From positions 1 to 57,004 of the forward strand of contig LFTQ01000162.1 of assembly GCA_001513545.1 (NCBI GenBank): 57,004 nucleotides of DNA, read 5' to 3'. Numbering within the stretch: position 1 is the first letter of the stretch; each line of letters opens with the position of its first letter. Shown here piece by piece: positions 1-10,009 of this stretch. The position numbers and the translations under genes were made by a program. The notes under the pieces are model-generated. The model was not told where the DNA came from. It searched no databases and was given only the letters and a program-made list of their open reading frames with translations. Origin of the DNA: Clostridia bacterium DTU068 (lineage in GTDB: Bacteria; Bacillota; DSM-12270; Thermacetogeniales; Thermacetogeniaceae).

Positions 1-8
1 AAGGATAT

Positions 9-55
9 AGTGTTACCTATGTCCTGAACCAAATGTGTTACCTATGTCTTGAACC
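9..55. repeat. Two direct copies of a 21-nt motif GTGTTACCTATGTC(C/T)TGAACC at the left window edge
   Basis: Copies at 10-30 and 35-55 are 20/21 identical with a 25-nt period, read directly. Only frame 3 is open from the edge, and it stops at TAG 69-71. Confidence 0.6.
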
Positions 56-97
56 TGTACCTAGAAGTTAGAATAATTGATAAGCAAAATGATTGTT

Positions 98-127
98 AAG
101 GGTGTGCCGACACCCTTTTCTTTTTTT
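98..127 (+). terminator. Rho-independent terminator of an upstream, out-of-window transcript
   Basis: 8-bp stem AAGGGTGT/ACACCCTT with a GCCG loop, followed by TTCTTTTTTT. Confidence 0.8.
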
Positions 128-212
128 ATCAGCTGGATCCAGCTAAAGAGCACAAGTCTTCTTCTATCATTTTAGGCTAAGGATAGGGGTTATATATTGG
201 TGCCATAATACC

Positions 213-241
213 TTGACAGACATAGTACTATGGCTTATTAT
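213..241 (+). promoter_or_regulatory. Sigma-A type promoter of the padR operon with an embedded palindromic operator
   Basis: TTGACA (213-218), 17 nt, TATTAT (236-241). A perfect 12-bp palindrome CATAGTACTATG (221-232) lies in the spacer. Confidence 0.6.
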
Positions 242-261
242 ATATTTGAGGGGGCGATAGG

Positions 262-612
262 ATGAGCGGCATGATTTCCACAGATCTGATCAGAGGCCAT
301 ACCGATACAATTATTCTCAACATACTTCGCCAGGGTGACAGCTATGGCTATGAAATCTATAAAAAGATCATTGAATTAAGCGGCAATCAATATGAACTAA
401 AGGAAGCGACCCTTTATACAGCTTATCGCAGATTGGAGCAGGATGGATTTATAGTTTCCTATTGGGGTGATGAAAGCCAGGGGGGTAGACGCAAATATTA
501 TCGCATAACAGACAAAGGCAGAGAACGCTACGAAAAGAATAAAAAAGATTGGAATTTTGCCAAAGAGGTGTTAGAAAGATTGATCAAAGGGGGGCTTGAT
601 GATGGGAAATAA
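262..612 (+). CDS. PadR-family transcriptional regulator
   Basis: 116 aa. The GDSYGYEIYKKI...YTAYRRLEQDGFI...RRKYYRITDKG pattern is a typical PadR winged helix. SD GAGGGGG lies upstream. Confidence 0.9.
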   Translation: MSGMISTDLIRGHTDTIILNILRQGDSYGYEIYKKIIELSGNQYELKEATLYTAYRRLEQDGFIVSYWGDESQGGRRKYYRITDKGRERYEKNKKDWNFAKEVLERLIKGGLDDGK

Positions 613-1273
613 TGAACAAACTCTGAACTCAAAAGTGAAAAAATATATTGACCATCTGTTCTCTGATGTTGAGCCAAGTCAGCAGCTCTTTGATTTAAAA
701 GAAGAACTGACCACTAATTTGAAAGAGAAAATTGAAGACTATATTTCCCGGGGTATGGATGAGGAACAGGCTTTTAAAGAGGCGGTGATTACAATCGGCG
801 ATTTAAGCGGCTTGGTAGAGGAGATGCGCAAATATAGAGATAGCGGTTTGCAGCAGCCTGTGTTTTCTACATGGAGGGAGCGAATCTCAACAGTAGGGAT
901 TGTGGCAGGTGTTCTGCTCTCATTATTCGGGATCTTCACTGTTGTCATGCTGTATTATATGAAGTTGCCCGGAGAAGCAGTTGTGGGCTCTGGTATCTTC
1001 ACTGTTGCAGGGGGAGCACTGCTTACCTTCAGCGTCCTGATCAGAGAGACACGTCAAAGCTTTGGGATGAATATGATACGTGCTGCTATCTATGGTTTGT
1101 CTGTGGGAGTATTGCTCTTTGGGCTGTTTTCAGCGGCAATAACCCGTTTTTCAACAGGTGAAATGTTTATTTCAATCGGCACATTGATGGTGTTTACTCT
1201 GATCGGTGTCGGAGTTTTGTTATTTCTGATCCTCACAGAAAAGGACCGCCGCAAAAAGGTGAGCAGCAGATAG
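599..1273 (+). CDS. PadR-associated membrane protein (DUF1700 / permease-prefix-like N-terminus plus about 4 TM helices)
   Basis: N-terminal KKYIDHLFSDV...LKEELTTNLKEKIEDYISRGMDEEQAFKEAV motif, then a hydrophobic C-terminal half. Overlaps the padR stop. Start could be 596, 599 or 602. Confidence 0.7.
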   Translation: MMGNNEQTLNSKVKKYIDHLFSDVEPSQQLFDLKEELTTNLKEKIEDYISRGMDEEQAFKEAVITIGDLSGLVEEMRKYRDSGLQQPVFSTWRERISTVGIVAGVLLSLFGIFTVVMLYYMKLPGEAVVGSGIFTVAGGALLTFSVLIRETRQSFGMNMIRAAIYGLSVGVLLFGLFSAAITRFSTGEMFISIGTLMVFTLIGVGVLLFLILTEKDRRKKVSSR

Positions 1274-1347
1274 CAAAAGGGTTGTTCTGTTCTGCACTAA
1301 GCAAAACAAGAAATTGTATTTTTCTAAGATAGGGTAGGACCCGGTGC

Positions 1348-3108
1348 TCACTCAGGGGCTTTTGGATTCACATAAAAGGTTTCATAATTTTTGTAGATGA
1401 CAAAGCCGGGCTTGGCTCCTGTGGGCTTGCTGACATTTTTTCTCTTAGTACAATCAACAGGCACTTTCGATGAATGCCGTGCTTCACTGAAATAGGCAGC
1501 CAGCCCTGCAGCCTCCTCCAGTGTGCTAGGGGGTATCTCCTGACCTGCTTTGCTTTTGACTATCACATGGGCTCCGGCGCTCTCTTTTGCATGGAGCCAG
1601 TAGTCCTCATCCCGGGCAAGGCGCATGGTCAGATAGTCATTCTGTTTATTGTTTTTACCGATGAGGATGGTGAATCCGTCCTGGGATGTTATTTGTTTGA
1701 TCTGAGGTGCTTCTTTTTTCTGCACCTTTTTCTTATGCTTATTCTTTTCTTTGCTATGCAGGTATCCGGCTTCCACAAGTTCGGTTTGGATTTCGTGGAG
1801 TTCCTTTAAAGAATCTGCCTCTTCCAGTGCAAATTGAACAGTGCTCAAATAGCGAATCTCAGCTGTTGTTTCTTTTTTATGCTTCTGCAAAATTTTTAGT
1901 GTGTCCCGGGCCTTGTTATATTTATGAAAAAGCCTCTGGGCATTTTGGGCAGCAGATAATGATGGGTCCAGTATAACATTTATCGGTGGGCTTTCGGGTT
2001 CATAAAGATTGGGTAGGGTTACTTCTCGGGCGCCTTTTTTGATGGTATGCAGCTGGGCAAGGAGCATTTCCCCCTGCAGGCGGTATTTCATTGCTTTTTG
2101 TGCATCAGCTTCATCCTGTTCTTGAGCCAGGAGTTTTTTATTTAAACGGGATAGCTCGTTTTTGATCAATGCTGATAAATGGGCTTTGCTCTGCTGGAAG
2201 GTGTTGATTTCCAGACGAGCTTTGTAAAACTCGTCTAAAGCTTCATTAACCGAACTGCAGTGTTCTAGTGTAAGGCCCCGGTACTGGGTAAAGGGATAGG
2301 GAGCATAAAAAGCTGGCTGTTTCCCCTCATAAACCACCACCGGATCCAGCATTTTATCGTTGAGGAGAGGGAATAAAAAATTTAGTATTGACAGCCAGAG
2401 GGAGCGCAGTTCATGTTCCCCGCAGTACTCCAGTCTCAGATCCGGTTCAAGCCCTGCCTGCAGGACTATTTCCTTGGCCAGTACTGGGCTCAGTCCTTCG
2501 ATCCGCTGAAAGAGTATTTCTTTAAGGCTCTTTTCTAATGGCTGCTCGATGATTAGCTGTGAAAACCTATCTTCTGAGAGATCCAGTGGGTGCAGCTTTT
2601 TTTGCGAGGGTGGTGCCACATATTCACGTCCTGGCAGAACCTCCCTGTACCTGCTCAGAGTATGAGAGTAGCGCTTGATCCCATCTATGATCCGGTTGGA
2701 GGGATCCAAGAGGATAATATTGCTGTGTTTCCCCATGATCTCCACAACTAAAACAACATCCTGAAATTCACCGCTTTCTGCGATACGGGAAAAGCTAAGG
2801 TTCACAACCCTGTCCAAACCCTTCTGCTTAATAGCGGTCAGTCTGCTCCCTTCCAGGTACTTTCTCAGCACAGAGCAGAAAAGAGGTGGTGTTAAGGGGT
2901 TTTTCTTCTCCTGTGTGGTAAGATGCAGGCGGGCATTTTCAGCCTGGGCTGAGATCAATAGCCTGCGGCTCTTACCCAATGAACGCAAGTTCAAGACTAT
3001 TTCCTGTTTTTCCGGTTGATAGACCCGTTCAACCCTGGCCGGTATCAGGATTTCCTGTAATTCTCTGATGATCAGATTTAGGGTTACACCATCTGGTGAC
3101 ATGATCAA
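1348..3108 (-). CDS. rqcH: NFACT-family ribosome quality control protein RqcH (FbpA / YloA-like)
   Basis: 586 aa. NFACT-N start (DGVTL..IIRELQ), central coiled coil, and a C-terminal DYWLHAKESAGAHVIV NFACT-R motif. Confidence 0.85.
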   Translation of the reverse strand: MIMSPDGVTLNLIIRELQEILIPARVERVYQPEKQEIVLNLRSLGKSRRLLISAQAENARLHLTTQEKKNPLTPPLFCSVLRKYLEGSRLTAIKQKGLDRVVNLSFSRIAESGEFQDVVLVVEIMGKHSNIILLDPSNRIIDGIKRYSHTLSRYREVLPGREYVAPPSQKKLHPLDLSEDRFSQLIIEQPLEKSLKEILFQRIEGLSPVLAKEIVLQAGLEPDLRLEYCGEHELRSLWLSILNFLFPLLNDKMLDPVVVYEGKQPAFYAPYPFTQYRGLTLEHCSSVNEALDEFYKARLEINTFQQSKAHLSALIKNELSRLNKKLLAQEQDEADAQKAMKYRLQGEMLLAQLHTIKKGAREVTLPNLYEPESPPINVILDPSLSAAQNAQRLFHKYNKARDTLKILQKHKKETTAEIRYLSTVQFALEEADSLKELHEIQTELVEAGYLHSKEKNKHKKKVQKKEAPQIKQITSQDGFTILIGKNNKQNDYLTMRLARDEDYWLHAKESAGAHVIVKSKAGQEIPPSTLEEAAGLAAYFSEARHSSKVPVDCTKRKNVSKPTGAKPGFVIYKNYETFYVNPKAPE

Positions 3109-3319
3109 TACTCCTTTTAGAAACTTGCATTGTTATTGTATCATTATGTTTTTCAGCGATCTACTGCTGAGAACCCTTACTCAGCTAATTGTTACAACTC
3201 CCCTTTGTGCTGGTCATCCTATCTTTAGTTATCTATTAATACTTGCTGATTTGATGGAGATGGGTTAATCTATTTACAGGTGTTTTGTGCTCTTTTATGC
3301 TTTATTTTACATTAAAGGG

Positions 3320-4192
3320 ATGATGGTCTTGTTGTTCACCAAATGGCACGGTTTGGGTAATGATTTTATTATTATGAATAGCTCTCCTTATTCCCTTCCT
3401 GAGGAGAGGAGATCAGTTTTTGCCCAGAGGGTTTGTGACCGGAATAAAGGGATCGGCGGGGATGGCCTGGTTTTTGTATTTCAGGATGACCATGGTGAGT
3501 TTAATATGCGTATTTTCAACGCAGATGGCTCAGAAGCGGAGATGTGTGGAAACGCTATTCGCTGTGTTGCCAAATACCTTTATACCAGAGGATTGGTAAA
3601 TGAAAGCTCATTTTCTATACAAACCAAAGCAGGGGAAAAGATACCGGAGCTGATCCTCGATAATGGAAAGGTTAAAGCAGTGAGGGTGGATATGGGAGAG
3701 CCCATTTTGGAAAGGGATTTGATCCCTGCAGTTGCTTTTGCTGGGTCCAGGGTGATCAATGAAGAAATTGAGATCGATGGAGAGAAACTGAAGATCACTG
3801 CTGTTTCCATGGGCAACCCCCACTGTATCTTGTTTGTTTCAGATGTTGAGCAAGCACCGGTGACCAGCCTTGGCCCCCGCCTGGAGTCCAGCCATTTCTT
3901 CCCGGCGAAAACCAATGTGGAGTTTGTGGAAGTATTAAACCCGGGGAGTGTGCGGATGCGGGTATGGGAGCGAGGAGTGGGAGAAACTCAGGCTTGTGGG
4001 ACAGGTGCCTGTGCTGTGGCAGTGGGAGGCTCTTTGAGCGGCTATCTGGACAGGCATGTGGAGGTAAACCTGCCCGGTGGCAGGCTGTTAGTGGAATGGG
4101 AGAAGGATAACCGCGTCTATATGACCGGACCGGCTGAAGAGGTTTTCGAGGGGAGATTGACACCCGATTTTTTGGGGAGTATAGATGAATAG
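3320..4192 (+). CDS. dapF: Diaminopimelate epimerase
   Basis: [11 protein letters not shown] start motif, GNAIRC and ACGTGACA catalytic cysteine motifs. The ORF track starts at GTG 3287. Real start is probably 3320-3332, after AAAGGGA. Confidence 0.9.
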   Translation: MMVLLFTKWHGLGNDFIIMNSSPYSLPEERRSVFAQRVCDRNKGIGGDGLVFVFQDDHGEFNMRIFNADGSEAEMCGNAIRCVAKYLYTRGLVNESSFSIQTKAGEKIPELILDNGKVKAVRVDMGEPILERDLIPAVAFAGSRVINEEIEIDGEKLKITAVSMGNPHCILFVSDVEQAPVTSLGPRLESSHFFPAKTNVEFVEVLNPGSVRMRVWERGVGETQACGTGACAVAVGGSLSGYLDRHVEVNLPGGRLLVEWEKDNRVYMTGPAEEVFEGRLTPDFLGSIDE

Positions 4193-4220
4193 ATTAGAAA
4201 CGAGTAAGGAGATGATGAAG

Positions 4221-5396
4221 ATGAAGATCGCTGACAGACTGACAACCCTACCACCATATCTTTTTGCTCGCATTGAGCAGAAGATAGAGGAGTTGAAAGA
4301 GAAGAAGGTTGATGTGATAAGTTTGGGGATTGGGGATCCCGATCTTCCTACACCCCCTCATATTGTACAGAAGTTGATTGAACAGGCGAACAATCCTGAA
4401 AACCATCGCTACCCTTCTTCTGCTGGAATGATGGCTTTCCGGAGGGCTGTTGCGGATTGGTATCAGCGGCGCTTTCAGGTTGAACTGGACCCGGCATCTG
4501 AAGTTGTGACCCTGATCGGGTCCAAAGAGGGGATCGCTCATATCTCTTTTTGCTACCTGCAGGAGGGTGATGTGGCCCTGATCCCTGATCCGGGGTACCC
4601 TGTCTACGGCATTGGAGCGTCTCTGGCCGGGGCTGAAAATTATTTATTACCACTCAAGAGGGAGAATAATTTCCTCCCTGATCTGGGCAGTGTCCCTTCT
4701 GATATAGCTAAAAAGGCTAAGCTGATGTTTATCAACTATCCCAATAATCCCACCGGAGCCACATGTACTAGAGAGTTCTATCAAGATGTGGTGGCATTCG
4801 CCCGTGAGTATGATCTGGTCGTCTGTCATGATGCAGCTTATTCGGAAATTACCTTTGATGGGTATGTTGCTCCCAGTTTCCTGGAGGCAGTTGGTGCCAA
4901 AGATGTAGGAATTGAATTCCACTCCCTCTCTAAGACCTATAATATGACTGGATGGCGTATAGGGTGGGCAGTCGGTAATGCTGAAGTTATCCGAACACTC
5001 ACCACAATAAAGTCCAACCTTGATTCAGGTGCTTTTCAGGCGGTGCAATATGCAGGAATCGCGGCTTTAGAGGGATCCCAGGATTGTGTGGAAAAAATGC
5101 GGCAGATATATCAAAAGAGGCGTGATCTGGCATTAAAGGGTTTTGCAGATTTGGGATGGGAAGTCAGCTCTATTCCTAAAGGGACTTTCTATCTGTGGCT
5201 GCCTGTGCCAGAGGGTTACAATTCTGCTGAATTTGCGGAACTGGTGTTGGAAAAGACTGCGGTTGTGATCACTCCCGGTACCGGCTATGGCAAATATGGA
5301 GAGGGTTATATCAGGGTTTGTTTGACACTGCAGGAGGAGCGGTTACAGGAGGCCATTGCCAGGATGAAGAAGGCTTTTGGCAGATTTGAATTCTGA
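4221..5396 (+). CDS. dapL: LL-diaminopimelate aminotransferase (DapL-type class I aminotransferase)
   Basis: [18 protein letters not shown] start and a [18 protein letters not shown]-lysine motif. Sits next to dapF. AAGGAG at 4206-4211 favours ATG 4221 over the ORF-track start 4185. Confidence 0.7.
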   Translation: MKIADRLTTLPPYLFARIEQKIEELKEKKVDVISLGIGDPDLPTPPHIVQKLIEQANNPENHRYPSSAGMMAFRRAVADWYQRRFQVELDPASEVVTLIGSKEGIAHISFCYLQEGDVALIPDPGYPVYGIGASLAGAENYLLPLKRENNFLPDLGSVPSDIAKKAKLMFINYPNNPTGATCTREFYQDVVAFAREYDLVVCHDAAYSEITFDGYVAPSFLEAVGAKDVGIEFHSLSKTYNMTGWRIGWAVGNAEVIRTLTTIKSNLDSGAFQAVQYAGIAALEGSQDCVEKMRQIYQKRRDLALKGFADLGWEVSSIPKGTFYLWLPVPEGYNSAEFAELVLEKTAVVITPGTGYGKYGEGYIRVCLTLQEERLQEAIARMKKAFGRFEF

Positions 5397-5441
5397 TTTT
5401 ACACCGGAAGGTAGTTTCGGGATCGCACAGGAGGAAAAAAA

Positions 5442-6320
5442 GTGATCAAAAGTATGACTGGTTTTGGCCGGGGTGAATGTGATGTAAACGGACTACATGC
5501 TGTGGTAGAGATCCGCAGTGTTAATCATCGATTTCGTGAGATAACAGTGAGGATATCCCGTTCCTATTTCCAGTTAGAGGAGAAGATCAAGAGTTTGATC
5601 CAGGATCATGTGGCGAGAGGTCATCTCGATGTTTATGTTAATATTGAGGATCGCCGTGAAAAGAAGCGTAATGTGAAGCTTGACAAGGAATTATTGATTG
5701 CCTATGATAAATGTCTGAGAGAAATGGCTGAAATTCTCAATATTGAGTATGATATCGAACTGGATGACCTTTCCAGACTTCCAGATGTCCTGCTTGTGGA
5801 AGAAAAGGAAGAGGATATTGAGGAGGTCTGGACAGTGGTACAGCAAAGCCTCCGGACCGCAGTTAAAGAGATCCTTGAGATGCGAGAGCGGGAAGGGGCA
5901 AGATTATACGAGGATTTTATCCATCGTAAAAGATGCATCTCTAAGCTCTTAGCTCAGATTAAGGAGCGTGAACCTCAATTAAATGAGGAATTGAGAGCAC
6001 GCCTGCACAGCAAACTCCAGCAGATATTGGATGACCATGAGATCGATGAATCGCGATTGGCTACAGAAGTGGTGCTATTTGCTGAAAGAAGCAGTATCAC
6101 TGAAGAGCTTGTGCGCCTGAGCAGTCATCTGGAACAACTGGAGGAAAGCCTGCAGACAGCTGAGCCGGTGGGGAGAAAAATCGAGTTTTTATTGCAGGAG
6201 ATGAATAGGGAGATCAATACAATAGGTTCAAAAGCAGCAGATCTGATTATATCCCCTCTAGTTGTGGAGATAAAAAGTCAGATTGAAAAAATGAGGGAAC
6301 AAGCACAAAATATTGAATGA
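5442..6320 (+). CDS. yicC: YicC-family stress-induced protein (endoribonuclease YicC)
   Basis: [12 protein letters not shown] start and a C-terminal [11 protein letters not shown] motif. Confidence 0.85.
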   Translation: MIKSMTGFGRGECDVNGLHAVVEIRSVNHRFREITVRISRSYFQLEEKIKSLIQDHVARGHLDVYVNIEDRREKKRNVKLDKELLIAYDKCLREMAEILNIEYDIELDDLSRLPDVLLVEEKEEDIEEVWTVVQQSLRTAVKEILEMREREGARLYEDFIHRKRCISKLLAQIKEREPQLNEELRARLHSKLQQILDDHEIDESRLATEVVLFAERSSITEELVRLSSHLEQLEESLQTAEPVGRKIEFLLQEMNREINTIGSKAADLIISPLVVEIKSQIEKMREQAQNIE

Positions 6321-6340
6321 TTCCAAGGGGAGGGTTTGAC

Positions 6341-6613
6341 ATGGATATTAAACTGGTGAATATCGGTTTTGGGAATGTTGTATCCGCTAACCGGATTATA
6401 GCTATTGTGAGCCCTGAATCAGCCCCCATCAAGCGTATTGTTCAGGAAGCAAGGGAGAGGGGCATGCTGATCGATGCTACATATGGAAGAAGAACCAGGG
6501 CGGTGATCATTGCAGACAGCGATCATGTAATACTTTCCGCAGTGCAACCGGAAACAGTGGCCAACCGTTTGGCTGCAAAGGAAACTGCTGTTCCTGTGGA
6601 AGACAAGGAATGA
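6341..6613 (+). CDS. remA: RemA / DUF370 regulator
   Basis: [32 protein letters not shown] is the conserved RemA N-terminus. SD GGGGAGGG precedes ATG 6341; the ORF track starts at 6317. Confidence 0.85.
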   Translation: MDIKLVNIGFGNVVSANRIIAIVSPESAPIKRIVQEARERGMLIDATYGRRTRAVIIADSDHVILSAVQPETVANRLAAKETAVPVEDKE

Positions 6614-6644
6614 TTTCCACTTTTTATTAAGTGTAGGGGGATGT

Positions 6645-7235
6645 TTGTTGTCAGCACAACCAATACTAATTGTAGTATCGGGACCTTCAGGTTCCGGTAA
6701 AGGCACACTTTGTCAAATGCTGAGAAAGGCACTGCCTGATCTGGTTTATTCTATCTCTCTCACTACAAGGCATCCTAGATCCAATGAAAAAAACGGAGTG
6801 GACTATATATTTGTTTCCCGTCAAGACTTCCAAAAACATATAGAGGCCGGTGATTTTCTGGAGTGGGCGGAGGTGTATGGGAACTATTACGGTACTCTTC
6901 GCTCAACTGTGGAAGAAAATTTGCTGGCAGGAAAGGATGTTTTACTGGAGCTGGATATTCAGGGCGGCCAACAGGTAAAGAGAGTTTTTCCAGATGCAGT
7001 GCTGATCTTTATTATGCCGCCATCCTTAGATGAACTCAGCAAACGGATAATCGGTAGAGGAACTGATGATGCAAAAACAATTAATATGCGTTTAAGTTGT
7101 GCCCCGGATGAATTACTGGCAGCAAAAAAATACGATTATGTGGTTAATAATGATGTAATAGAGAGGGCTGTTCAGGAACTGCTTACTATAATTAGGCGGG
7201 AAAAAAGTATCCGGGAGCAGGACAAGGGGGTATAA
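6645..7235 (+). CDS. gmk: Guanylate kinase
   Basis: P-loop GPSGSGKGT, TTRHPR, and EWAEVYGNYYGT. Confidence 0.95.
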   Translation: MLSAQPILIVVSGPSGSGKGTLCQMLRKALPDLVYSISLTTRHPRSNEKNGVDYIFVSRQDFQKHIEAGDFLEWAEVYGNYYGTLRSTVEENLLAGKDVLLELDIQGGQQVKRVFPDAVLIFIMPPSLDELSKRIIGRGTDDAKTINMRLSCAPDELLAAKKYDYVVNNDVIERAVQELLTIIRREKSIREQDKGV

Positions 7236-7237
7236 AC

Positions 7238-7450
7238 TTGAAAGAGCCCAGTTTTGATTATTTGTTACAGAAGGTTGAAAGCAAATATGAGTTGGTGGTA
7301 GCAGCAGCTAAGAGGGCACGTCATCTAACAGAAACCTGTACTGTTAGGGATAATCTCTCTTCACAAAAACCGGTGACAGTTGCACTGGCAGAAATCGCCA
7401 TGGACAAACTGATTATTGAACGCCCACAGCAGCAGAGTAAGATAAAATGA
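7238..7450 (+). CDS. rpoZ: DNA-directed RNA polymerase subunit omega
   Basis: 70 aa. The SKYELVVAAAKRARHL motif and the position after gmk support the call. Confidence 0.9.
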   Translation: MKEPSFDYLLQKVESKYELVVAAAKRARHLTETCTVRDNLSSQKPVTVALAEIAMDKLIIERPQQQSKIK

Positions 7451-8649
7451 AGAATATAGTTTTGGGTGTTACAGGAAGTATTGCTGCTTATAAAGCTGCT
7501 GATATTGCCAGCCGACTGGTAAAAAAGGGTTTTGGTGTGCATGTGGTGATGACACCAGCTGCTGCAGAGTTTATTACACCTCTTACACTGCAGACTGTAT
7601 CAGGGAATCCGGTGCATCTGGAGATGTTCCGCACTGCGGAGAAGTGGGAAGTGGAGCATATCAGCCTTGCCCAGAGAGCAGACCTGATTTTGGTAGCCCC
7701 GGCATCCGCCGATATAATCGGCATGGTCGCTGCTGGGCTTGCAGGTAATTTGCTCACAACAACTATCATGGCTACTAGAGCACCGGTGGTTTTTGCCCCT
7801 GCTATGAATACTGGGATGTATGAAAACCGGGTATTTCAGCACTGGATGAGTTTTCTTAAAAGTATGGGATACCTGTTTATCGAACCGGAAGAGGGGCCTT
7901 TGGCTTGCGGTACAAGTGGTAAAGGAAGATTGCCTGACCCTGAACAGATCGTTGCATTTGTTGAACAGATTCTCTCTGCTAATCAGGACTTGAAGGATAG
8001 GAAGGTACTGGTCACAGCGGGCCCCACCCGTGAGCATATAGATCCTGTAAGGTTTATCACCAATCACAGCTCAGGAAAAATGGGCTTTGCCCTGGCCCGT
8101 CGGGCCAAGAACCGGGGTGCTCAGGTGACTCTGGTCAGCGGGCCAACCACTATCAAACCACCGGATGGTGTGCGGGTTATTGCAGTAGAGACCGCCCAGG
8201 AAATGTTTGAAGTTGTGAAAGATCTTTTCACAGATATGGATATTGTTATTAAAGCAGCTGCAGTGGCTGACTATAGGCCAAAGGTCAAAGAATCCCAAAA
8301 GATTAAGAAGAGTTGCTCAGATCTGGTCCTGGAACTGGAAAGAACCCCGGATATTCTTGGGTACCTGGGAGAGCATAAGGAAAAACAGCTATTGGTGGGT
8401 TTTGCTGCAGAAACCGAAAAAGTTCTGGACCATGCTCGAGAGAAACTGCTGCGCAAAAATCTCGACCTGATCGTAGCCAATGACCTTACTATGGAGGGAG
8501 CAGGTTTTGCAGCTGAGACCAATATAGCGGTGATAATCAATAAAAAAGGCTCTGTTAGAGAACTTCCTCTGATGACTAAAGATAAGCTGGCAGATATGAT
8601 CTTAGATGAGGTTGTTCAAATAATAAAGCAGCGACAGGAGGCTAAATAA
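7447..8649 (+). CDS. coaBC: Bifunctional phosphopantothenoylcysteine decarboxylase / phosphopantothenate-cysteine ligase
   Basis: [11 protein letters not shown] flavoprotein start and a [10 protein letters not shown] ligase motif. 400 aa. Confidence 0.95.
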   Translation: MKNIVLGVTGSIAAYKAADIASRLVKKGFGVHVVMTPAAAEFITPLTLQTVSGNPVHLEMFRTAEKWEVEHISLAQRADLILVAPASADIIGMVAAGLAGNLLTTTIMATRAPVVFAPAMNTGMYENRVFQHWMSFLKSMGYLFIEPEEGPLACGTSGKGRLPDPEQIVAFVEQILSANQDLKDRKVLVTAGPTREHIDPVRFITNHSSGKMGFALARRAKNRGAQVTLVSGPTTIKPPDGVRVIAVETAQEMFEVVKDLFTDMDIVIKAAAVADYRPKVKESQKIKKSCSDLVLELERTPDILGYLGEHKEKQLLVGFAAETEKVLDHAREKLLRKNLDLIVANDLTMEGAGFAAETNIAVIINKKGSVRELPLMTKDKLADMILDEVVQIIKQRQEAK

Positions 8650-8651
8650 CT

Positions 8652-9854
8652 GTGTCAAGATATTTATTTACTTCTGAGTCTGTTACAGAGGGGCATCCGG
8701 ATAAGGTAGCTGATCAGATATCTGATGCCATATTGGATGCTATCCTTGAAAAGGATAAAATTGCCCGTGTGGCCTGTGAGACCATGGTGACAACCGGTTT
8801 GGTGATGGTCGCCGGTGAGATCACTACAGAATGTTATGTGGATATCCCTCACATCGTCCGTTCCACATTAAAAGAGATCGGCTATACCAGGGCTAAATAT
8901 GGTTTTGACAGTGCAACCTGTGCTGTATTGACCTCTATCGAGGAGCAGTCTCCTGATATCGCACTCGGTGTAGATCAGGCTCTGGAGGTCAAGACTGGAG
9001 AAATCGTAGACAGCTGTGAGTTAGGTGCAGGGGACCAGGGGATGATGTTCGGTTATGCTACAGATGAAACACCTGAGCTGATGCCCCTTCCCATAAATCT
9101 GGCCCATAAACTGGCGCGCCGTTTAGCTGAAGTAAGGAAGAAGAAGATTCTTCCCTACCTGCGCCCTGATGGTAAAAGCCAGGTGACTGTGGAATATGAT
9201 GGAGACCGCCCGGTTCGGGTGGATGCTGTGGTTATTTCAGCCCAACACCGTCCGGATATCAGCCTTCAACAGATCAGGGAAGATATTATTGAAAACGTGA
9301 TCAAGAGCACAGTGCCGGCTGAGTATATCGATGATAAGACAAGGTTTTTGGTGAACCCCACCGGGAGATTTGTCATCGGAGGTCCTCAGGGTGATACAGG
9401 GCTTACCGGAAGAAAGATAATTGTTGATACTTACGGAGGGTCAGCCAGGCATGGCGGTGGGGCCTTTTCAGGTAAGGATCCCACCAAGGTAGACCGCTCT
9501 GCTTCTTATTTTGCACGCTATGTGGCCAAAAATATAGTAGCGGCAAAACTAGCTCGCAGGTGTGAACTACAAGTGGCCTATGCCATAGGGGTGGCTAAAC
9601 CGGTATCTATTCAAGTGCAGACTTTTGGTACAGGTGTGATCCCTGATCGGGAGATCTGTAAACTGGTCAAAGAGCATTTTGATTTCAAACCGGCGGCGAT
9701 CATTGAAAAATTGGATTTGAGGAGGCCCATCTATAAGCAGACTGCTGCTTACGGTCATTTCGGACGCCAGGATCTTGATTTGTCCTGGGAAAAAACAGAT
9801 GCTGCAGAACTTTTAAAGAAGGCAGCTGAAAAGGTGATCACAGCAGGTGTCTGA
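8652..9854 (+). CDS. metK: S-adenosylmethionine synthase
   Basis: [25 protein letters not shown] and [16 protein letters not shown] motifs. GTG start lies 2 nt after the coaBC stop. Confidence 0.95.
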   Translation: MSRYLFTSESVTEGHPDKVADQISDAILDAILEKDKIARVACETMVTTGLVMVAGEITTECYVDIPHIVRSTLKEIGYTRAKYGFDSATCAVLTSIEEQSPDIALGVDQALEVKTGEIVDSCELGAGDQGMMFGYATDETPELMPLPINLAHKLARRLAEVRKKKILPYLRPDGKSQVTVEYDGDRPVRVDAVVISAQHRPDISLQQIREDIIENVIKSTVPAEYIDDKTRFLVNPTGRFVIGGPQGDTGLTGRKIIVDTYGGSARHGGGAFSGKDPTKVDRSASYFARYVAKNIVAAKLARRCELQVAYAIGVAKPVSIQVQTFGTGVIPDREICKLVKEHFDFKPAAIIEKLDLRRPIYKQTAAYGHFGRQDLDLSWEKTDAAELLKKAAEKVITAGV

Positions 9855-9887
9855 TCTCTTTATAGAAATAATTTATAAATAGAAAAC

Positions 9888-9930
9888 AAAACACCGTTCA
9901 GTTATACCTTATAATTGGCCGGTGTTTTTT
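9888..9930 (+). terminator. Probable intrinsic terminator after metK
   Basis: AAAACACCG ... CGGTGTTTT stem with a large 23-nt loop, followed by a 7-T run. Confidence 0.55.
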
Positions 9931-10009
9931 TGGTGTTGTTTGCTGTTGTGCAATCCAGAACCGATTGTTCTGTTATAATGTAGGAAGAATTATACTGGAG
10001 AGTTGAGCG

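Noticed and set aside
59-90. dif-like sequence (CCTAGAA...) near the left edge.
   Set aside because: Only the 7-nt CCTAGAA core matches the Firmicute dif XerC arm. The conserved XerD arm (TTATGTAAACT-like) is absent.
7600-8067. Long antisense ORFs inside well-supported genes, e.g. 7600-8067(-) in coaBC, 25186-25599(-) in ribBA, 48614-49009(-) in mtnA, 19543-19911(-) in prkC and 36227-36544(+) in ylbJ.
   Set aside because: They sit fully inside genes with strong motif support on the other strand. They have no SD sequences and their composition is low-complexity or unrecognisable. Such ORFs are expected by chance at this GC content.
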